A stretch of 64,000 nucleotides of DNA from Candidatus Aenigmatarchaeota archaeon (GCA_043808015.1 JAZDFI010000008.1:1-64000); one strand, 5' to 3'; counted from the first letter of the stretch, positions 37,525 through 49,649 are shown. Made by a program: numbers and translations. Notes: generated by a model from the letters alone, not told the origin.

Positions 37525-37606
37525 CAATGCTTTTTAAGCAAAGGCCCGTTAAATTTTATTTAGCTTTTATGGCTCTTATTTAACAAAATAAGACAAAGTG
37601 ATAAAT

Positions 37607-38824
37607 ATGGCGAACGAGGACATTCGGAAGCGACGGCTGAAAGATATAGTCGAAGAACTCGACAACTTCCGCGGGCGCCACACGGAGCTAATATCTGTTT
37701 ACATACCAGCAGGATTCAACCTCTACAAGGTGGTCGAGCAGATAAACAGCGAGAAATCTACGGCCCAGAACATAAAGTCGAAGACGGTTCGCAAGAACGT
37801 CATGTCCGCGCTGGAGCGCATAACACAACATCTCAAGCTCTACAAGCAGACGCCTCCGAATGGCCTGGTCATTTTCGCAGGCAACATTTCCGAGCGTGAG
37901 GGCGTTGACGACATAGAAATATACGCTCTGGAGCCGCCGGAGCCGCTTAACCAGCGGCTTTACAGGTGCGACCAAAAGTTTGTCCTTGACCCGCTGAAAG
38001 ACCTCATACGCGAGCGCGAGATATTCGGCATAGTTCTTATAGACAAGTCAGAGGCCGACATCGGCCTGCTGCACGGCAAGAAGGTCAGGCCGCTCAAGCA
38101 CCTGGACTCGATGGTGCCGGGCAAGACTGAAGCGGGTGGCTGGTCGCAGGCACGATACGCTCGAGTGCGCGAAGGCCTGCTGAACGACTTCATGAAAAAA
38201 GTCGGCGAAATCGCTTCCCAAAATTTCAGCGACCAGAAGGATTTGCTGGGCGTGATTGTAGGAGGACCCGGCCCGATAAAGGAAATGTTCGCGAGAGGCG
38301 ATTTCCTGAGATACGACTTCAAGAATAAAATAATCACGGTAGTCGACACGTCTTATATGGGCGAATACGGCCTCGAGGAAGCGGTCAATCGTGCCGAGGA
38401 GGCGCTCAAGGAAGCGAGCGTCATGAAAGAGAAACGAATTCTCATCCGCTTTTTCAACGAGCTCGGCAAGGATTCCGGCCTGGCGGTATATGGTCTCAAA
38501 GAGACCGTGGAAGCGCTCAAATCAGGAGTCGTCGAGTTGTTAATGGTTTCAGAGCATTTGGACTGGGTTAAAGCAAACATAAAATGCCTCAATTGCGGCG
38601 AGGAAAGGGAAGTCGTAATGCTGCGGGACAAGCTGGAGAGCCTGAAATGCGAAAAGTGCAGCGAGCTCTACGAGATTCTGGCAGAGAAAGACCTTACGGA
38701 CGAGATAATCAAGATGGCCGAGGAAATGAACACGAAAGTCGAGATGGTTTCCGCCGACACGAAGGAAGGCGCGCAACTGAAAGACATGGGCGGAATCGGA
38801 GGGATTCTCAGGTATAAGGCTTAG
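37607..38824 (+). CDS. prf1: Peptide chain release factor aRF1
   Basis: GRHTELISVYIP, NIKS, YRCD, GGPG, GGIGGILRY; GGWSQ at the GGQ position. Confidence 0.93.
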   Translation: MANEDIRKRRLKDIVEELDNFRGRHTELISVYIPAGFNLYKVVEQINSEKSTAQNIKSKTVRKNVMSALERITQHLKLYKQTPPNGLVIFAGNISEREGVDDIEIYALEPPEPLNQRLYRCDQKFVLDPLKDLIREREIFGIVLIDKSEADIGLLHGKKVRPLKHLDSMVPGKTEAGGWSQARYARVREGLLNDFMKKVGEIASQNFSDQKDLLGVIVGGPGPIKEMFARGDFLRYDFKNKIITVVDTSYMGEYGLEEAVNRAEEALKEASVMKEKRILIRFFNELGKDSGLAVYGLKETVEALKSGVVELLMVSEHLDWVKANIKCLNCGEEREVVMLRDKLESLKCEKCSELYEILAEKDLTDEIIKMAEEMNTKVEMVSADTKEGAQLKDMGGIGGILRYKA

Positions 38825-39336
38825 CCGCCGCGGGGTTCATATTCTTTTTTGTAAACAATCCAGAAAATTACAGGTATTGTGATTCCAAGCACAGCCCCGC
38901 CGATCAGGTCTGCCGGCCAGTGGACGCCCAGGAAATAGCGCGACGCAGCCACGAGTAACGCTAGCGCATAAAGCGGCAGAAGCTGCTTCCTGCGCAGGGC
39001 CAGATAAAGCGACGTCACGACTGCGAACATCGCAGTGGTGTGGCCGGACGGGAAGGAATTATCTATGTCGCAGTACGGGTTGCAGTTGGAAGCGACGACG
39101 CACGGTATGCAAGGCCTTTCTATTATTATGAGGTTTTTCATGATCAGAACGACGAGCAGCGATATCAGCACGCCGGGGATGTAGATGTAAAGAACCTTTC
39201 TGAAAAGCTTCCTTTTCTCAGATGACAGCTTCTTCCTGAAAATGAAATACGCCAACAAAAGGATTGCGGTAGAAGCGGCCCATATCTGCGGCTCGCCTAT
39301 GTTAGTGACCAGATACCAAAAGTCCATAAGAACCAA
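38821..39336 (-). CDS. PAP2 family membrane phosphatase
   Basis: K......RP, SFPSGH, SR..LGVHW..D. Confidence 0.92.
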   Translation of the reverse strand: MVLMDFWYLVTNIGEPQIWAASTAILLLAYFIFRKKLSSEKRKLFRKVLYIYIPGVLISLLVVLIMKNLIIIERPCIPCVVASNCNPYCDIDNSFPSGHTTAMFAVVTSLYLALRRKQLLPLYALALLVAASRYFLGVHWPADLIGGAVLGITIPVIFWIVYKKEYEPRGG

Positions 39337-39374
39337 TTATGAATTGGTAAAACCTGATTAAATAGTCAGCGAGT

Positions 39375-40376
39375 TTACTGCTGCGAACCCGTGTGCACGT
39401 GCTTTATCTCGATGGCTTCTTTCTGGCTGAAGTTTCTGAAAGACCTGCGGAAGAAAACCAGTCTCTTTTTCGCGCCAGGGACAGAGCCTTCGATGAATAT
39501 GTAATTACCCTTGACTTCTCCGTAGTTGATGAAGCCGCCGTCGATTTTAACGCCTTCCTTTCCTATCTTGACGAGCCTCTTGTTGTATTCGGTCCTGGTC
39601 TGGAAGCCCATCTGGCCTGCCTGAGCGATCGCGCCGGGCAGCACTCTGCTCGGCGTGACAGGACCCATGGTTCCGAGGTGGCGCCTTTTCAGCTTGTTTT
39701 TTCTGCTCCTGATTTTGATGCCGAACCTCTTGACAGGACCCTGATAACCTTTCCCCTTCGACACGGCTTTAACATCGAGAAATTCGCCTTCGGCGAAAAC
39801 CTCGGAAACATCAAGCTCCTTGCCCAGCTTCTCCTTAACGTATTTCCATTTGTCTTCAACTGAACCAGAAAGGTCGAGTTCAAAAACTTCAGGCTTCTTC
39901 TTCCCTATCGCCGTATCTCTAGGCTGCGTGTGGACAAGAAGACGAACGTCCGCGACGTCGTTAAGCCTGCCATCGAAATCAGAAACCTGTTTAGTCGCCT
40001 TTTCTGGCAGGTTGAGTTTTCTGGCAAGATCTTTTTTCTGGTCCTTGGCCCATATCATGCCCATGTTGGTGTAGGTGTTTATGTATTTGCCGTAGACCTT
40101 GATGCCGAAAACATAAAGAGGTGGACATTCGAAAACCGAGACGGCCCTCGATATTTCCATGCCGTGCGTCGGGCTCTTTTTTCTGCTGTCCATGAATATG
40201 ACGTGCGTCATGCCCGCCTTGTAGCCGGCGAATTCGACTGGCTTCGTCGTCGCGCCCATGATCTTCTGGACGCTCACAAGCTGCGGCGAATGCTTTAGTC
40301 TGGGATAAATTCGCTTCGCCCTCTTCTTCGGCCAGAATGCTCTCGAACCGGCCCTGGGTTTGTGTCCTCTTGCCAT
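39375..40376 (-). CDS. rpl3: 50S ribosomal protein L3 (uL3)
   Basis: PR.GS...P.KRA, GYKAGMTH, KGKG.QGPVKR.G, AGQMG...RTEYNK. Confidence 0.97.
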   Translation of the reverse strand: MARGHKPRAGSRAFWPKKRAKRIYPRLKHSPQLVSVQKIMGATTKPVEFAGYKAGMTHVIFMDSRKKSPTHGMEISRAVSVFECPPLYVFGIKVYGKYINTYTNMGMIWAKDQKKDLARKLNLPEKATKQVSDFDGRLNDVADVRLLVHTQPRDTAIGKKKPEVFELDLSGSVEDKWKYVKEKLGKELDVSEVFAEGEFLDVKAVSKGKGYQGPVKRFGIKIRSRKNKLKRRHLGTMGPVTPSRVLPGAIAQAGQMGFQTRTEYNKRLVKIGKEGVKIDGGFINYGEVKGNYIFIEGSVPGAKKRLVFFRRSFRNFSQKEAIEIKHVHTGSQQ

Positions 40377-40386
40377 AAAGCATCAC

Positions 40387-40776
40387 TTAGACTCTGCGTC
40401 CTCCGCGTCCGCCCGGCTTTCTCGTGGTGTCGTGCGGAACTGGCGTCGCATCCTCGATCCTGCCTATCCTGAGGCCCGCTCTGACAAGCGCGCGAATCGC
40501 AGGCTGCGCTCCGGCGCCGGGGATTTTCTTATTATGACCGCCCTGTGCGCGGATTTTAAGATGAACTCCGACAAGGCCTTTTGATATCGCTTCCTCCGCG
40601 ACTTTTCTGGCAGCTTTCATGGCGGGGAATGGCGAACCTTTGTCCTTGTCCCTGCTGGTTATCATGCCGCCTGAGCAGCGGGCGATGGTCTCGGAACCTG
40701 TAAGGTCGGTTATGTGGATGATGGTGTTGTTGCCTGAAGAATAGATGTGAGCGATGCCCCATTTTTCGTCTTTCAT
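40387..40776 (-). CDS. rps11: 30S ribosomal protein S11 (uS11)
   Basis: [38 protein letters not shown]. Confidence 0.97.
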   Translation of the reverse strand: MKDEKWGIAHIYSSGNNTIIHITDLTGSETIARCSGGMITSRDKDKGSPFPAMKAARKVAEEAISKGLVGVHLKIRAQGGHNKKIPGAGAQPAIRALVRAGLRIGRIEDATPVPHDTTRKPGGRGGRRV

Positions 40777-41234
40777 TGTTTACCACCCTCTGCGTTTATC
40801 AGGTTCTCCTTGTCGACCGGAACTATGTATGCAGGGAAGACCATTTTCCTTCCCTCTACAAAAATATGACCGTGCGTTATCCTCTGCCTCGCTTCCTTTA
40901 CGGTCGAGGCGAAGCCTTTCTTGAAAACTAACGTTTGTAATCGGCGGTTAAGAAGCTCTCCAGCCTTGAGTTGCAGCACCTGGTCGAGGCCCTGTCCCTT
41001 CTGGATAAGGCCGATATAAACCAGCCTCTCAAGCAGAATCTGGGTTTTATTCTCGTCTTTCACCGCGATAAGGCTCCTTGCCCTTCTCCTGAAGTTGCGG
41101 ACGCGCTCTTCAGCGCTCCATATCTCTCTCTTGCGCCTGAGCCCGAACTCTTTCAGTAATTTGGTTTCATCTTCGAGTCTCGCTGAGTCCCATGGCGCTC
41201 TCGGCCTTGACAGTTTCTTTTTAAGTCTTCTCAT
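40773..41234 (-). CDS. rps4: 30S ribosomal protein S4 (uS4)
   Basis: P..PW, GL..KRE.W, RRLQT.V.K.G.A, ARQ.I.HGH. Confidence 0.95.
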   Translation of the reverse strand: MRRLKKKLSRPRAPWDSARLEDETKLLKEFGLRRKREIWSAEERVRNFRRRARSLIAVKDENKTQILLERLVYIGLIQKGQGLDQVLQLKAGELLNRRLQTLVFKKGFASTVKEARQRITHGHIFVEGRKMVFPAYIVPVDKENLINAEGGKQ

Positions 41235-41240
41235 AAATCA

Positions 41241-41810
41241 TCACTTCTTGCCTTTGTCTTCCTTTGAACCGGCACCAGCGCCCGGTTTGGCCTTGCTCCT
41301 CTGCACGCCTATCGTGCTGCCGCTCCTGAATGAGCTTCTGGTTCTCTGGCCGCGGACTGGCTGGCCCAACGAGTGTCGAACGCCTTTGTAGCATCTTATC
41401 TTCTTCAGCCTGTCGATATCGTTCTTCTCAGTCAGATCGAGCTGTGACGTTGTAAGATGGAAAGTGCCACCCTTTTCAGGGTCTTTTCTCCTGTTGAACA
41501 TCCATGAGGGGATTTTGTGCTTATCCATGCTGTTTATGATATCCTCTAGCTTGCTGAGGTCATGCTCGCTCAGTTCTGACAACTTCTTGTCGCCAAAACC
41601 GGATATGTCGGCTATCGCGCGCGACAAAGAATATGATATGCCTGATATGCCCATGATGGCGTGCTGGACCTTCCTGTTGCCATCGAGATTAGTCTCGCCC
41701 AGCCTGATTATGTTTTTTAATCGCTTGTCAGCTCCGAATTCTTTCCTCTCTTCCTTCTTCTTGTCGGTCTTTTCGACCTTCTCTTTCTTTTGCGCTTTTT
41801 CGTCAGCCAT
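41241..41810 (-). CDS. rps13: 30S ribosomal protein S13 (uS13)
   Basis: IP.W..NRRKD, Y.G.RH..G.PVRGQRTRS. Confidence 0.96.
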   Translation of the reverse strand: MADEKAQKKEKVEKTDKKKEERKEFGADKRLKNIIRLGETNLDGNRKVQHAIMGISGISYSLSRAIADISGFGDKKLSELSEHDLSKLEDIINSMDKHKIPSWMFNRRKDPEKGGTFHLTTSQLDLTEKNDIDRLKKIRCYKGVRHSLGQPVRGQRTRSSFRSGSTIGVQRSKAKPGAGAGSKEDKGKK

Positions 41811-41898
41811 GAATACACCGATATATACAGTATGTCAATATGTAAAGACAATTATATAAATGAATATTTAAATATTCTCCGTTGCCGGTTTTCGGGGA

Positions 41899-42597
41899 CT
41901 ATGTCACTTTTCTTGCAAATTCCTCAGCTTTTCCCCGCATATCGCTTGCCTGGTATAACGCCCGTCCGATTATGGCGTGCCATTCCTTTCCGGCCGCGCG
42001 AGCCGCGTCGCTGATGTCGCCGCCCTGCGTTATCATGCCAGGCGAATAGAAAACGGGCTTTACACCTTTTGTTTCGAGCGTGCGCTTGTATTCGGCTATG
42101 CGCTCAGGCTTGTTGCCAGGCACGACGAAGTCGCTTACGCCTAGCGACGCCGCAAGCTCGTATATCGCCTGGGGCGCGCTGTTGCGTATGAAGCCGCCGT
42201 CGCTTTCGAGATATTTGGGGTGGGTCATCTCCCCGCCTATTATCACACCCAAACCCTCTTTCTGCGCGGCCTCAATCCATCGCCTCTCGGTTTCAGGCCC
42301 GGCCTGCGGGAAGAGAATCACAGCATCGACACCTTTGCACGCTTTCATGAACTTCTCACCGGTGTCGGGAATGTCCGTCCCGGCCTTCTGGTGATCGTAA
42401 ATTATCGGCAGTTCCGTGTGCATGCGTATCGTGTGTATGACGCTTTTCATGCCAAAAGGAATTACCAGCTCGAAGCCGATCTTGTAGCCGCCAATCCCTT
42501 TCACATCGCATGTTTCCCTGACCAGTTTATCGAGCGTTTCCAGCGTAGCGACGTCGCAAGCCGGTATTATGCTCCTGTCTGCTTTTATTATTTTCAT
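41899..42597 (-). CDS. pyrF: Orotidine 5'-phosphate decarboxylase
   Basis: ACD, YKIG, D.K..DIP.T-like (DHQKAGTDIPDT), SPG..QGG, IIGR; last gene of the pyr operon. Confidence 0.85.
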   Translation of the reverse strand: MKIIKADRSIIPACDVATLETLDKLVRETCDVKGIGGYKIGFELVIPFGMKSVIHTIRMHTELPIIYDHQKAGTDIPDTGEKFMKACKGVDAVILFPQAGPETERRWIEAAQKEGLGVIIGGEMTHPKYLESDGGFIRNSAPQAIYELAASLGVSDFVVPGNKPERIAEYKRTLETKGVKPVFYSPGMITQGGDISDAARAAGKEWHAIIGRALYQASDMRGKAEEFARKVT

Positions 42598-42633
42598 ATC
42601 ATCACCTTTCCATTTTTGCCATTGCAATTACTT

Positions 42634-43281
42634 TTATTCGAAACCCATTTTTCTGCCCCAGTTCGGAGGATCCTTGTTCCATTCCAGAGCCTTGGAGGCC
42701 TCGTCGTGACTTATGTATTTCATATCACCCGCCACGCTTATCAGCGTCGTGAAGTCGCTCAGGGGGATGAGCTCGCATTTCGCCTGGATAAACGCGGCTT
42801 TCGCCTTCGCCATCTCGTATGTGAATATCGCCAGGCAATGCTCGACCACGCCTCCTTGGTCGCGCACGGCTTCGACGCCTGCGATGCTGGAGCCACCCGT
42901 CGAGATGAGATCCTCGACTATCAGTACTCGCTGTCCGCGCTCCATCTTCCCTTCGATCAAATTCTCCTTGCCGTGGTCTTTCGCTTCCTTGCGTATGTAA
43001 ATCATGGGCTTGCCCAGTTTCTCGGCCAGCCACGCTGCATGCGGAATGCCAGATGAAGCGATGCCCGCGACTATGTCGAAATCGAGCTTCCGCTCTTTGA
43101 CGACTTTTGCAAAATAATCGACTATCATGGCGCGCTTATCGGGGTAGGACATTACAAGACGGTTGTCGCAGTAAATCGGGCTGAGTATGCCTGACGCGTA
43201 TCGATAAGGCTTCTGCGGATTAAGCGTGACAGCCTTTATTTCAAGCAGAATCTTCGCGACGTCTTTTGCTATATCACCCAT
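42634..43281 (-). CDS. pyrE: Orotate phosphoribosyltransferase
   Basis: ASG..SPIYCDNR, RK..K.HG, VEDLISTGGS. Confidence 0.95.
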   Translation of the reverse strand: MGDIAKDVAKILLEIKAVTLNPQKPYRYASGILSPIYCDNRLVMSYPDKRAMIVDYFAKVVKERKLDFDIVAGIASSGIPHAAWLAEKLGKPMIYIRKEAKDHGKENLIEGKMERGQRVLIVEDLISTGGSSIAGVEAVRDQGGVVEHCLAIFTYEMAKAKAAFIQAKCELIPLSDFTTLISVAGDMKYISHDEASKALEWNKDPPNWGRKMGFE

Positions 43282-44473
43282 AAACTATCCCCCTCCCCTT
43301 GTTTTTCACGACATCACCATCATCGAAAACTATTTTTCCTCTCACGATGGTTTTCACCGGCCAGCCGCGTACCTCGAAGCCGTCGAAAGGCGACCAGCCG
43401 CATTTCGTGCGCATCTCGTCGTTCCTGATTTTTTTCTGGGCCTTCATGTCCACTATCACGAAATCAGCGTCATACCCCTTTTTTATGAAGCCCTTGTTTT
43501 TGAGCCTGAAAATTTTTGCAGGGTTCTCGCACATGGTCCCGACCAAACGCCTCAGCGTGAGCCTGCGCTTGTTGACAGCGTCCAGCATTAGCGGAAGGCG
43601 CGTTTCGACGCCTGGCACGCCGTATAAATCGCCGGCTTCCTTTTCCTCGATGGTATGCGGCGCGTGATCGCTGCCTATCGTGTCTATCAGTCCAGCGTTA
43701 AGCGAATCCCAGAGCGCGCGCCTGTCGCTCTCGTTCTTGAGCGACGGCTTCATGCGGATGAGCTGCGTCTGGTCGGTCTCGGTCAGGAAAAGGTGGTGCG
43801 GCGTAACTTCGGCGAAAACGTTTTTGCCGTGGTTTTCCTTGACGTATTCCAGTTCGTTAAGTGTGCTCACATGACAAAGATAAAATTTCTTCTTCAGCTT
43901 TTCGGATATTTCTATCGCCTTCCTGGCGTTACGTCCCTCCGCGTGAATGGTGCACATGCGGGACGCCGCGATTATGCCGCTGATTATTTTATCGTCCTGT
44001 ATCAGCATGTTGCCCGTGGAAGCGTCCATGAAAATTTTCGTGGATGCGGCTTCCCCTGATTTTTCAACCTTATTGATTTCCTTTATGTTGTCAGCAGACG
44101 ATCCGAAATGAAAACCGAAATCAACTATAGACTTGCTGGAGGCGAGCGAGATTTTTTCCTCAAGAAGCTTTCCCGTGAGAGTCGGTGGTTTCGTGTTCGG
44201 CATGTCCAGCACACTGGTTACCCCGCCCGCGGCTGCCGCCTGGCTGCCTGTCCTGAAATCCTCCTTGTGCGTCAGGCCGGGTTCGCGGAAATGGACGTGA
44301 GGGTCTATGGAGCCCGGAAGGATTAGCATATCGCTAGCGTTTATCGTCTCGTCCGCGGCTGTCTTGCCACTGAATATTTTTTTGATGGTGCCGTTTTCAA
44401 CTAGAATGTTTTTCCTGACAATCCTGCCGTCGATATAGACCATGCCGTTCTGGATAAAAAGCGTGTCGCTCAT
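43274..44473 (-). CDS. pyrC: Dihydroorotase
   Basis: D.HVHFREPG, DMPNT.P, CHVST, EVTPHHL, SDHAPH. Confidence 0.95.
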   Translation of the reverse strand: MSDTLFIQNGMVYIDGRIVRKNILVENGTIKKIFSGKTAADETINASDMLILPGSIDPHVHFREPGLTHKEDFRTGSQAAAAGGVTSVLDMPNTKPPTLTGKLLEEKISLASSKSIVDFGFHFGSSADNIKEINKVEKSGEAASTKIFMDASTGNMLIQDDKIISGIIAASRMCTIHAEGRNARKAIEISEKLKKKFYLCHVSTLNELEYVKENHGKNVFAEVTPHHLFLTETDQTQLIRMKPSLKNESDRRALWDSLNAGLIDTIGSDHAPHTIEEKEAGDLYGVPGVETRLPLMLDAVNKRRLTLRRLVGTMCENPAKIFRLKNKGFIKKGYDADFVIVDMKAQKKIRNDEMRTKCGWSPFDGFEVRGWPVKTIVRGKIVFDDGDVVKNKGRGIVYG

Positions 44474-45267
44474 TGGCATCTCCATCTGGCGTAATCGCTT
44501 ATCGCGACTTTCTCGCCGCTCTTCAGGCGCGCGAAGGCGCCGAAGTCCTTTATCTTCCTGAGCTGTTCGCTAGCGAAAACGGGACCGTCCTTGCACACGC
44601 GTAAACCATCGGCTTCGCACTGGCCGCAGACGCCGAAGCCGCATTTCATGAAGCGCTCGAGGCTCGCCTCGCATTCGATTCCGTTCCGTTCGCATATCTC
44701 GAATACGCGCTTCATCATTATCTCGGGGCCGCACGTGTAAACGATGCTGAATTTCTTTTTCGCCAGTTGCGCTTCGAGAACGTCGGTGACGAAGCCCTTC
44801 GTCCCGGCAGTGCCGTCGTCCGTCGTTATGTTCGCGCCTTTAAAGCGCCCTTTGAAAATTATCCTGTCTTGCGACCTCGCTCCCTGGATGACGAGCGGGT
44901 TTTTCAGGCGCTCTATGAGCGTCGATAGCGGCGCGACGCCGCAGCCCCCGGCGACGACGCATGCGTCCGCCTTCAGCGTGAATCCATTGCCATACGGGCC
45001 GCGAATGCCTATCTTATTCCCAATTTTCATGCTGAAAAGCGCGTTCGTGAACTTGCCTTTCTCCTCGACTGTTATCGCCGTCTTATTGCCGGCGTAGGAG
45101 AGCGAAAACGGCTTTTCGTCCAGGCCCGGAAGCCATACCATTACGAATTGTCCTGGTTGCGCAACGATTTTCTTATTGATGAAAAAAGTCCTGACGTAAG
45201 GATTCTCGTACACGACTTTTGTTATCTTCACCATCTCAGGCAGTTCCGGTTTTTTGCAGTTATCCAT
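44470..45267 (-). CDS. pyrK: Dihydroorotate dehydrogenase electron transfer subunit
   Basis: PGQFVM.W, RGPYG.GF, CGPE.MM, MKCG.G.CG.C, CKDGPVF. Confidence 0.94.
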   Translation of the reverse strand: MDNCKKPELPEMVKITKVVYENPYVRTFFINKKIVAQPGQFVMVWLPGLDEKPFSLSYAGNKTAITVEEKGKFTNALFSMKIGNKIGIRGPYGNGFTLKADACVVAGGCGVAPLSTLIERLKNPLVIQGARSQDRIIFKGRFKGANITTDDGTAGTKGFVTDVLEAQLAKKKFSIVYTCGPEIMMKRVFEICERNGIECEASLERFMKCGFGVCGQCEADGLRVCKDGPVFASEQLRKIKDFGAFARLKSGEKVAISDYARWRCQ

Positions 45268-46171
45268 GGGCGGCACCTATTATTTCATCGAAGCGCTCGT
45301 ATCCGTTCTCGTACATCCACTCGCTCATCTCGGAGCAGATTTTTTTGAAAACATCCATACCCCTGTAATGCACGGCCGAGCCTACGCCTATCGCCGTCGC
45401 GCCCGCCATCATAATCTCAATCGCATCCCGCCCTGTCGCGACTCCGCCGGTTCCTATTATCGGAATTTTGACGCTTTCGTAAATGTCGTAGACGCAGCGG
45501 ACAGCGACCGGCTTTAGCGCCGGTCCGGAAACGCCGCCCATCCTGAAGCCGAGAACCGGCGTCTTCGCGTCTATGTTTATTATCATGCCGGGACCCATCG
45601 TGTTGACAGCCGTTATAGCAGACGCTCCTGCCTTTTCAGCTGCCCTGGCGACGTCTCCGATGTTCCTCGTGATGGGTGATAGCTTTACGAAAACAGGAAG
45701 CTTGGTCTTCTTTATCACGGCTTTCACTATCTCGTGCGTCTTCTCGGGCGTGTCCTGTCCGGCGAGAGTGCCGAAGCCCGGGGTGTGAGGACATGAAAGC
45801 GGAATTTCTATCGCGGAGAACTCGAGACCTTCCAGCGCCTCGGCGACTTTCTCGAATTCGTCAACGTCCTGCCCTATCATGCTGGCGAAGACGGGAGCGC
45901 CCAGTTTTTTCAAACCAGTGAACTCTTTTTTCGCGTTGCTGGCGCCGGGATTCGAATAGCCTACCGCGTTCATGAGGCCGGCGTCGAAGGCGATGACAGT
46001 CGGGTTCTTGTGGCCCTCCCTGGGTTCGAGGGAAATCGATTTTATCGTCACTGCGCCGGCGCCGTTTCTTATGACTTCAGAAAGAAGCGAACGTGAAACG
46101 CCAAGAATGCCGGAAGCAAGGATTATGGGGTTCGCGAGCTTTATGCCGCAGAGGTTCGTTTCAAGGTTCAT
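45260..46171 (-). CDS. pyrD: Dihydroorotate dehydrogenase (family 1B)
   Basis: NP..LASG, G..NP, SCP, VKL.P, NT, GG.SG.A.KP. Confidence 0.95.
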   Translation of the reverse strand: MNLETNLCGIKLANPIILASGILGVSRSLLSEVIRNGAGAVTIKSISLEPREGHKNPTVIAFDAGLMNAVGYSNPGASNAKKEFTGLKKLGAPVFASMIGQDVDEFEKVAEALEGLEFSAIEIPLSCPHTPGFGTLAGQDTPEKTHEIVKAVIKKTKLPVFVKLSPITRNIGDVARAAEKAGASAITAVNTMGPGMIINIDAKTPVLGFRMGGVSGPALKPVAVRCVYDIYESVKIPIIGTGGVATGRDAIEIMMAGATAIGVGSAVHYRGMDVFKKICSEMSEWMYENGYERFDEIIGAAHG

Positions 46172-46181
46172 GCCTCTCTTC

Positions 46182-47635
<1,454 letters not shown>

Positions 47636-47771
47636 TTATTAATTCTGCCGGTATGACAAGCAGTTGCATGCACTACAAGTTGGTGGGCAATAATACGAAA
47701 ATGCTCGAAATTTATATTAATAATACAATATAATTAACTAACTTTGTATGGTTAGTGTGAGAGGTGTGTTT

Positions 47772-48941
47772 ATGAAAAAAGAGATGTTATCGGTTTTCGT
47801 GATTGGAGCGTTCATGCTTACAATCATGTCTTCGGTCTTCGCGGCCACGATGGTGACAGGGGGTCTGCAAATAATACTAACACGGCAGAATCCGTACCCC
47901 GTCGAGCCTGGTCAGGTCGTGGACATAGAAATCTCGCTGCAGAACAACGGTTACGCCGAGGCGCAGAATATCATACTTGAGATAAATCCCAATAATCCGT
48001 TCACGCTTTTGCCTGGTCAGGAGAAGATCAAAAGCTTTTCCAGAATAGCCGCTCGCGATCATGTCACGGCGACTTACAAGCTGCTCGTCGCTCAGGATGC
48101 GATAACCAACAACTACGAGCTCGATTTCAAATATTACCAGCCTGGCAGCACCGACGTGCAGAGTACGGACAAGGTGATCATACATGTCCAGGGAAAGCCG
48201 AAGCTCGTGCTGGACGGCATAGTAACGGATCCTGTTGAAATACAACCAGGCGACACAGTTACTATAAAGACCATGGTAAAGAACATGGGAACCGGTTCAG
48301 CATCGCTGACAGAAGCGGTTCTTTTTTCCAACACGTCGTACATACTCCCGGTTTTTTCAGGCGGCATGTATTTCATTGGTGAAATAAATCCGGGACGGAC
48401 AGTCGAGGCGACTTTCACCATGAGCATAGACAATTCCGCCGAATACAAAAACTACCCGAGCATGCTCACGCTTTCTTACAAGGACGAAAGCGGCAATGAC
48501 CAGACTACAAGCTTCTACATCGGCATGCCGGTAAGAGGAAGCCCCGTAATAGAGATATTGAATGCTAAAGTGGAAGGCTCGGACTTCAAGGTTGACCTTG
48601 AGAACATAGGCACTGCCAATGCGAAAGCGCTTAAGATATCGCTGGTCCAGTCAGGGCAGGTAAAGGACTCGCAAATCGCTAGCGAGTTGCGACCGTCGAA
48701 GCAGAAGACGCTGCGTTTCCGCGGCTTCGAGTACGGCAATGCGATAATAAACATTTCCTATCTGGACGAGAGCAACGAGTTTTTCAGCAACGAGATTCCG
48801 CTTTCGATTGCCCAGTCGGCATACGCCGAAGAACAGTCTGGGAATGGCGGCCTCTCGCCGCTGATACCGGTGCTGATAGTGGTCGTGGTGCTGGAAAGCT
48901 ATTACGTGTGGAGACTGCGCAAAAAGTCCGGCAGTAAATAA
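47772..48941 (+). CDS. COG1361 S-layer-domain protein associated with the ABC exporter
   Basis: Signal peptide, 'P.PVEPG', 'N.G...A' Ig-like repeats, C-terminal TM with basic tail. Confidence 0.8.
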   Translation: MKKEMLSVFVIGAFMLTIMSSVFAATMVTGGLQIILTRQNPYPVEPGQVVDIEISLQNNGYAEAQNIILEINPNNPFTLLPGQEKIKSFSRIAARDHVTATYKLLVAQDAITNNYELDFKYYQPGSTDVQSTDKVIIHVQGKPKLVLDGIVTDPVEIQPGDTVTIKTMVKNMGTGSASLTEAVLFSNTSYILPVFSGGMYFIGEINPGRTVEATFTMSIDNSAEYKNYPSMLTLSYKDESGNDQTTSFYIGMPVRGSPVIEILNAKVEGSDFKVDLENIGTANAKALKISLVQSGQVKDSQIASELRPSKQKTLRFRGFEYGNAIINISYLDESNEFFSNEIPLSIAQSAYAEEQSGNGGLSPLIPVLIVVVVLESYYVWRLRKKSGSK

Positions 48942-48960
48942 GCCATAGCGCCGCTCCAGG

Positions 48961-49647
48961 ATGGTAAGCATGAAAAAGGTAATGTTTGAGCTGAAGGACG
49001 TCTGGAAGGTTTACTGCATGAAAGGCGCCGAAACGCAGGCGCTGAGAGACATAAGCCTGAAGATAGAGAACGGCGAATACATAGCGATAGTCGGCCAGTC
49101 CGGCTCCGGCAAATCGACGCTCATGCACGTTATCGGGTGCCTCGACACACCCACGCGCGGCAGCGTAGTCGTCGACGGGAAAGAGATATCAGAACTCGAG
49201 GACGACGATCTTGCCAAGATAAGAAGAGAGAAGATAGGCTTCGTTTTCCAGGCTTTCAACCTTATAGGCAGTTTGACGGCGGCGGAAAATGTAGCGATGC
49301 CCATGAGGTTCAGCGGCTACGGAAAAGCGGAATCCATCAAAAAGGCAAAGGAGCTTCTCAAGAGGGTCGGCCTCGAAAAGCGAGTGGATCACAAACCAAA
49401 CCAGCTTTCCGGCGGAGAGCAGCAGAGGGTCGCGATTTGCCGCGCCCTGGCGAACGACCCGGAAGTCATACTTGCGGACGAGCCAACGGGCAACCTCGAC
49501 AGCAGGTCCGGCAGCGAAATAATCGAACTTATTGAAGAACTTCACAAGTCGGGCAAGACTATAATAATAGTCACCCACGACCAGAGCCTTGCAAGGCGCG
49601 CGAAAAGGCAGATAAAACTGAAGGACGGACAGATAGTGAATGAATAG
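48961..49647 (+). CDS. ABC transporter ATP-binding protein (LolD/MacB family)
   Basis: [33 protein letters not shown]. Confidence 0.95.
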   Translation: MVSMKKVMFELKDVWKVYCMKGAETQALRDISLKIENGEYIAIVGQSGSGKSTLMHVIGCLDTPTRGSVVVDGKEISELEDDDLAKIRREKIGFVFQAFNLIGSLTAAENVAMPMRFSGYGKAESIKKAKELLKRVGLEKRVDHKPNQLSGGEQQRVAICRALANDPEVILADEPTGNLDSRSGSEIIELIEELHKSGKTIIIVTHDQSLARRAKRQIKLKDGQIVNE

Positions 49648-49649
49648 TT

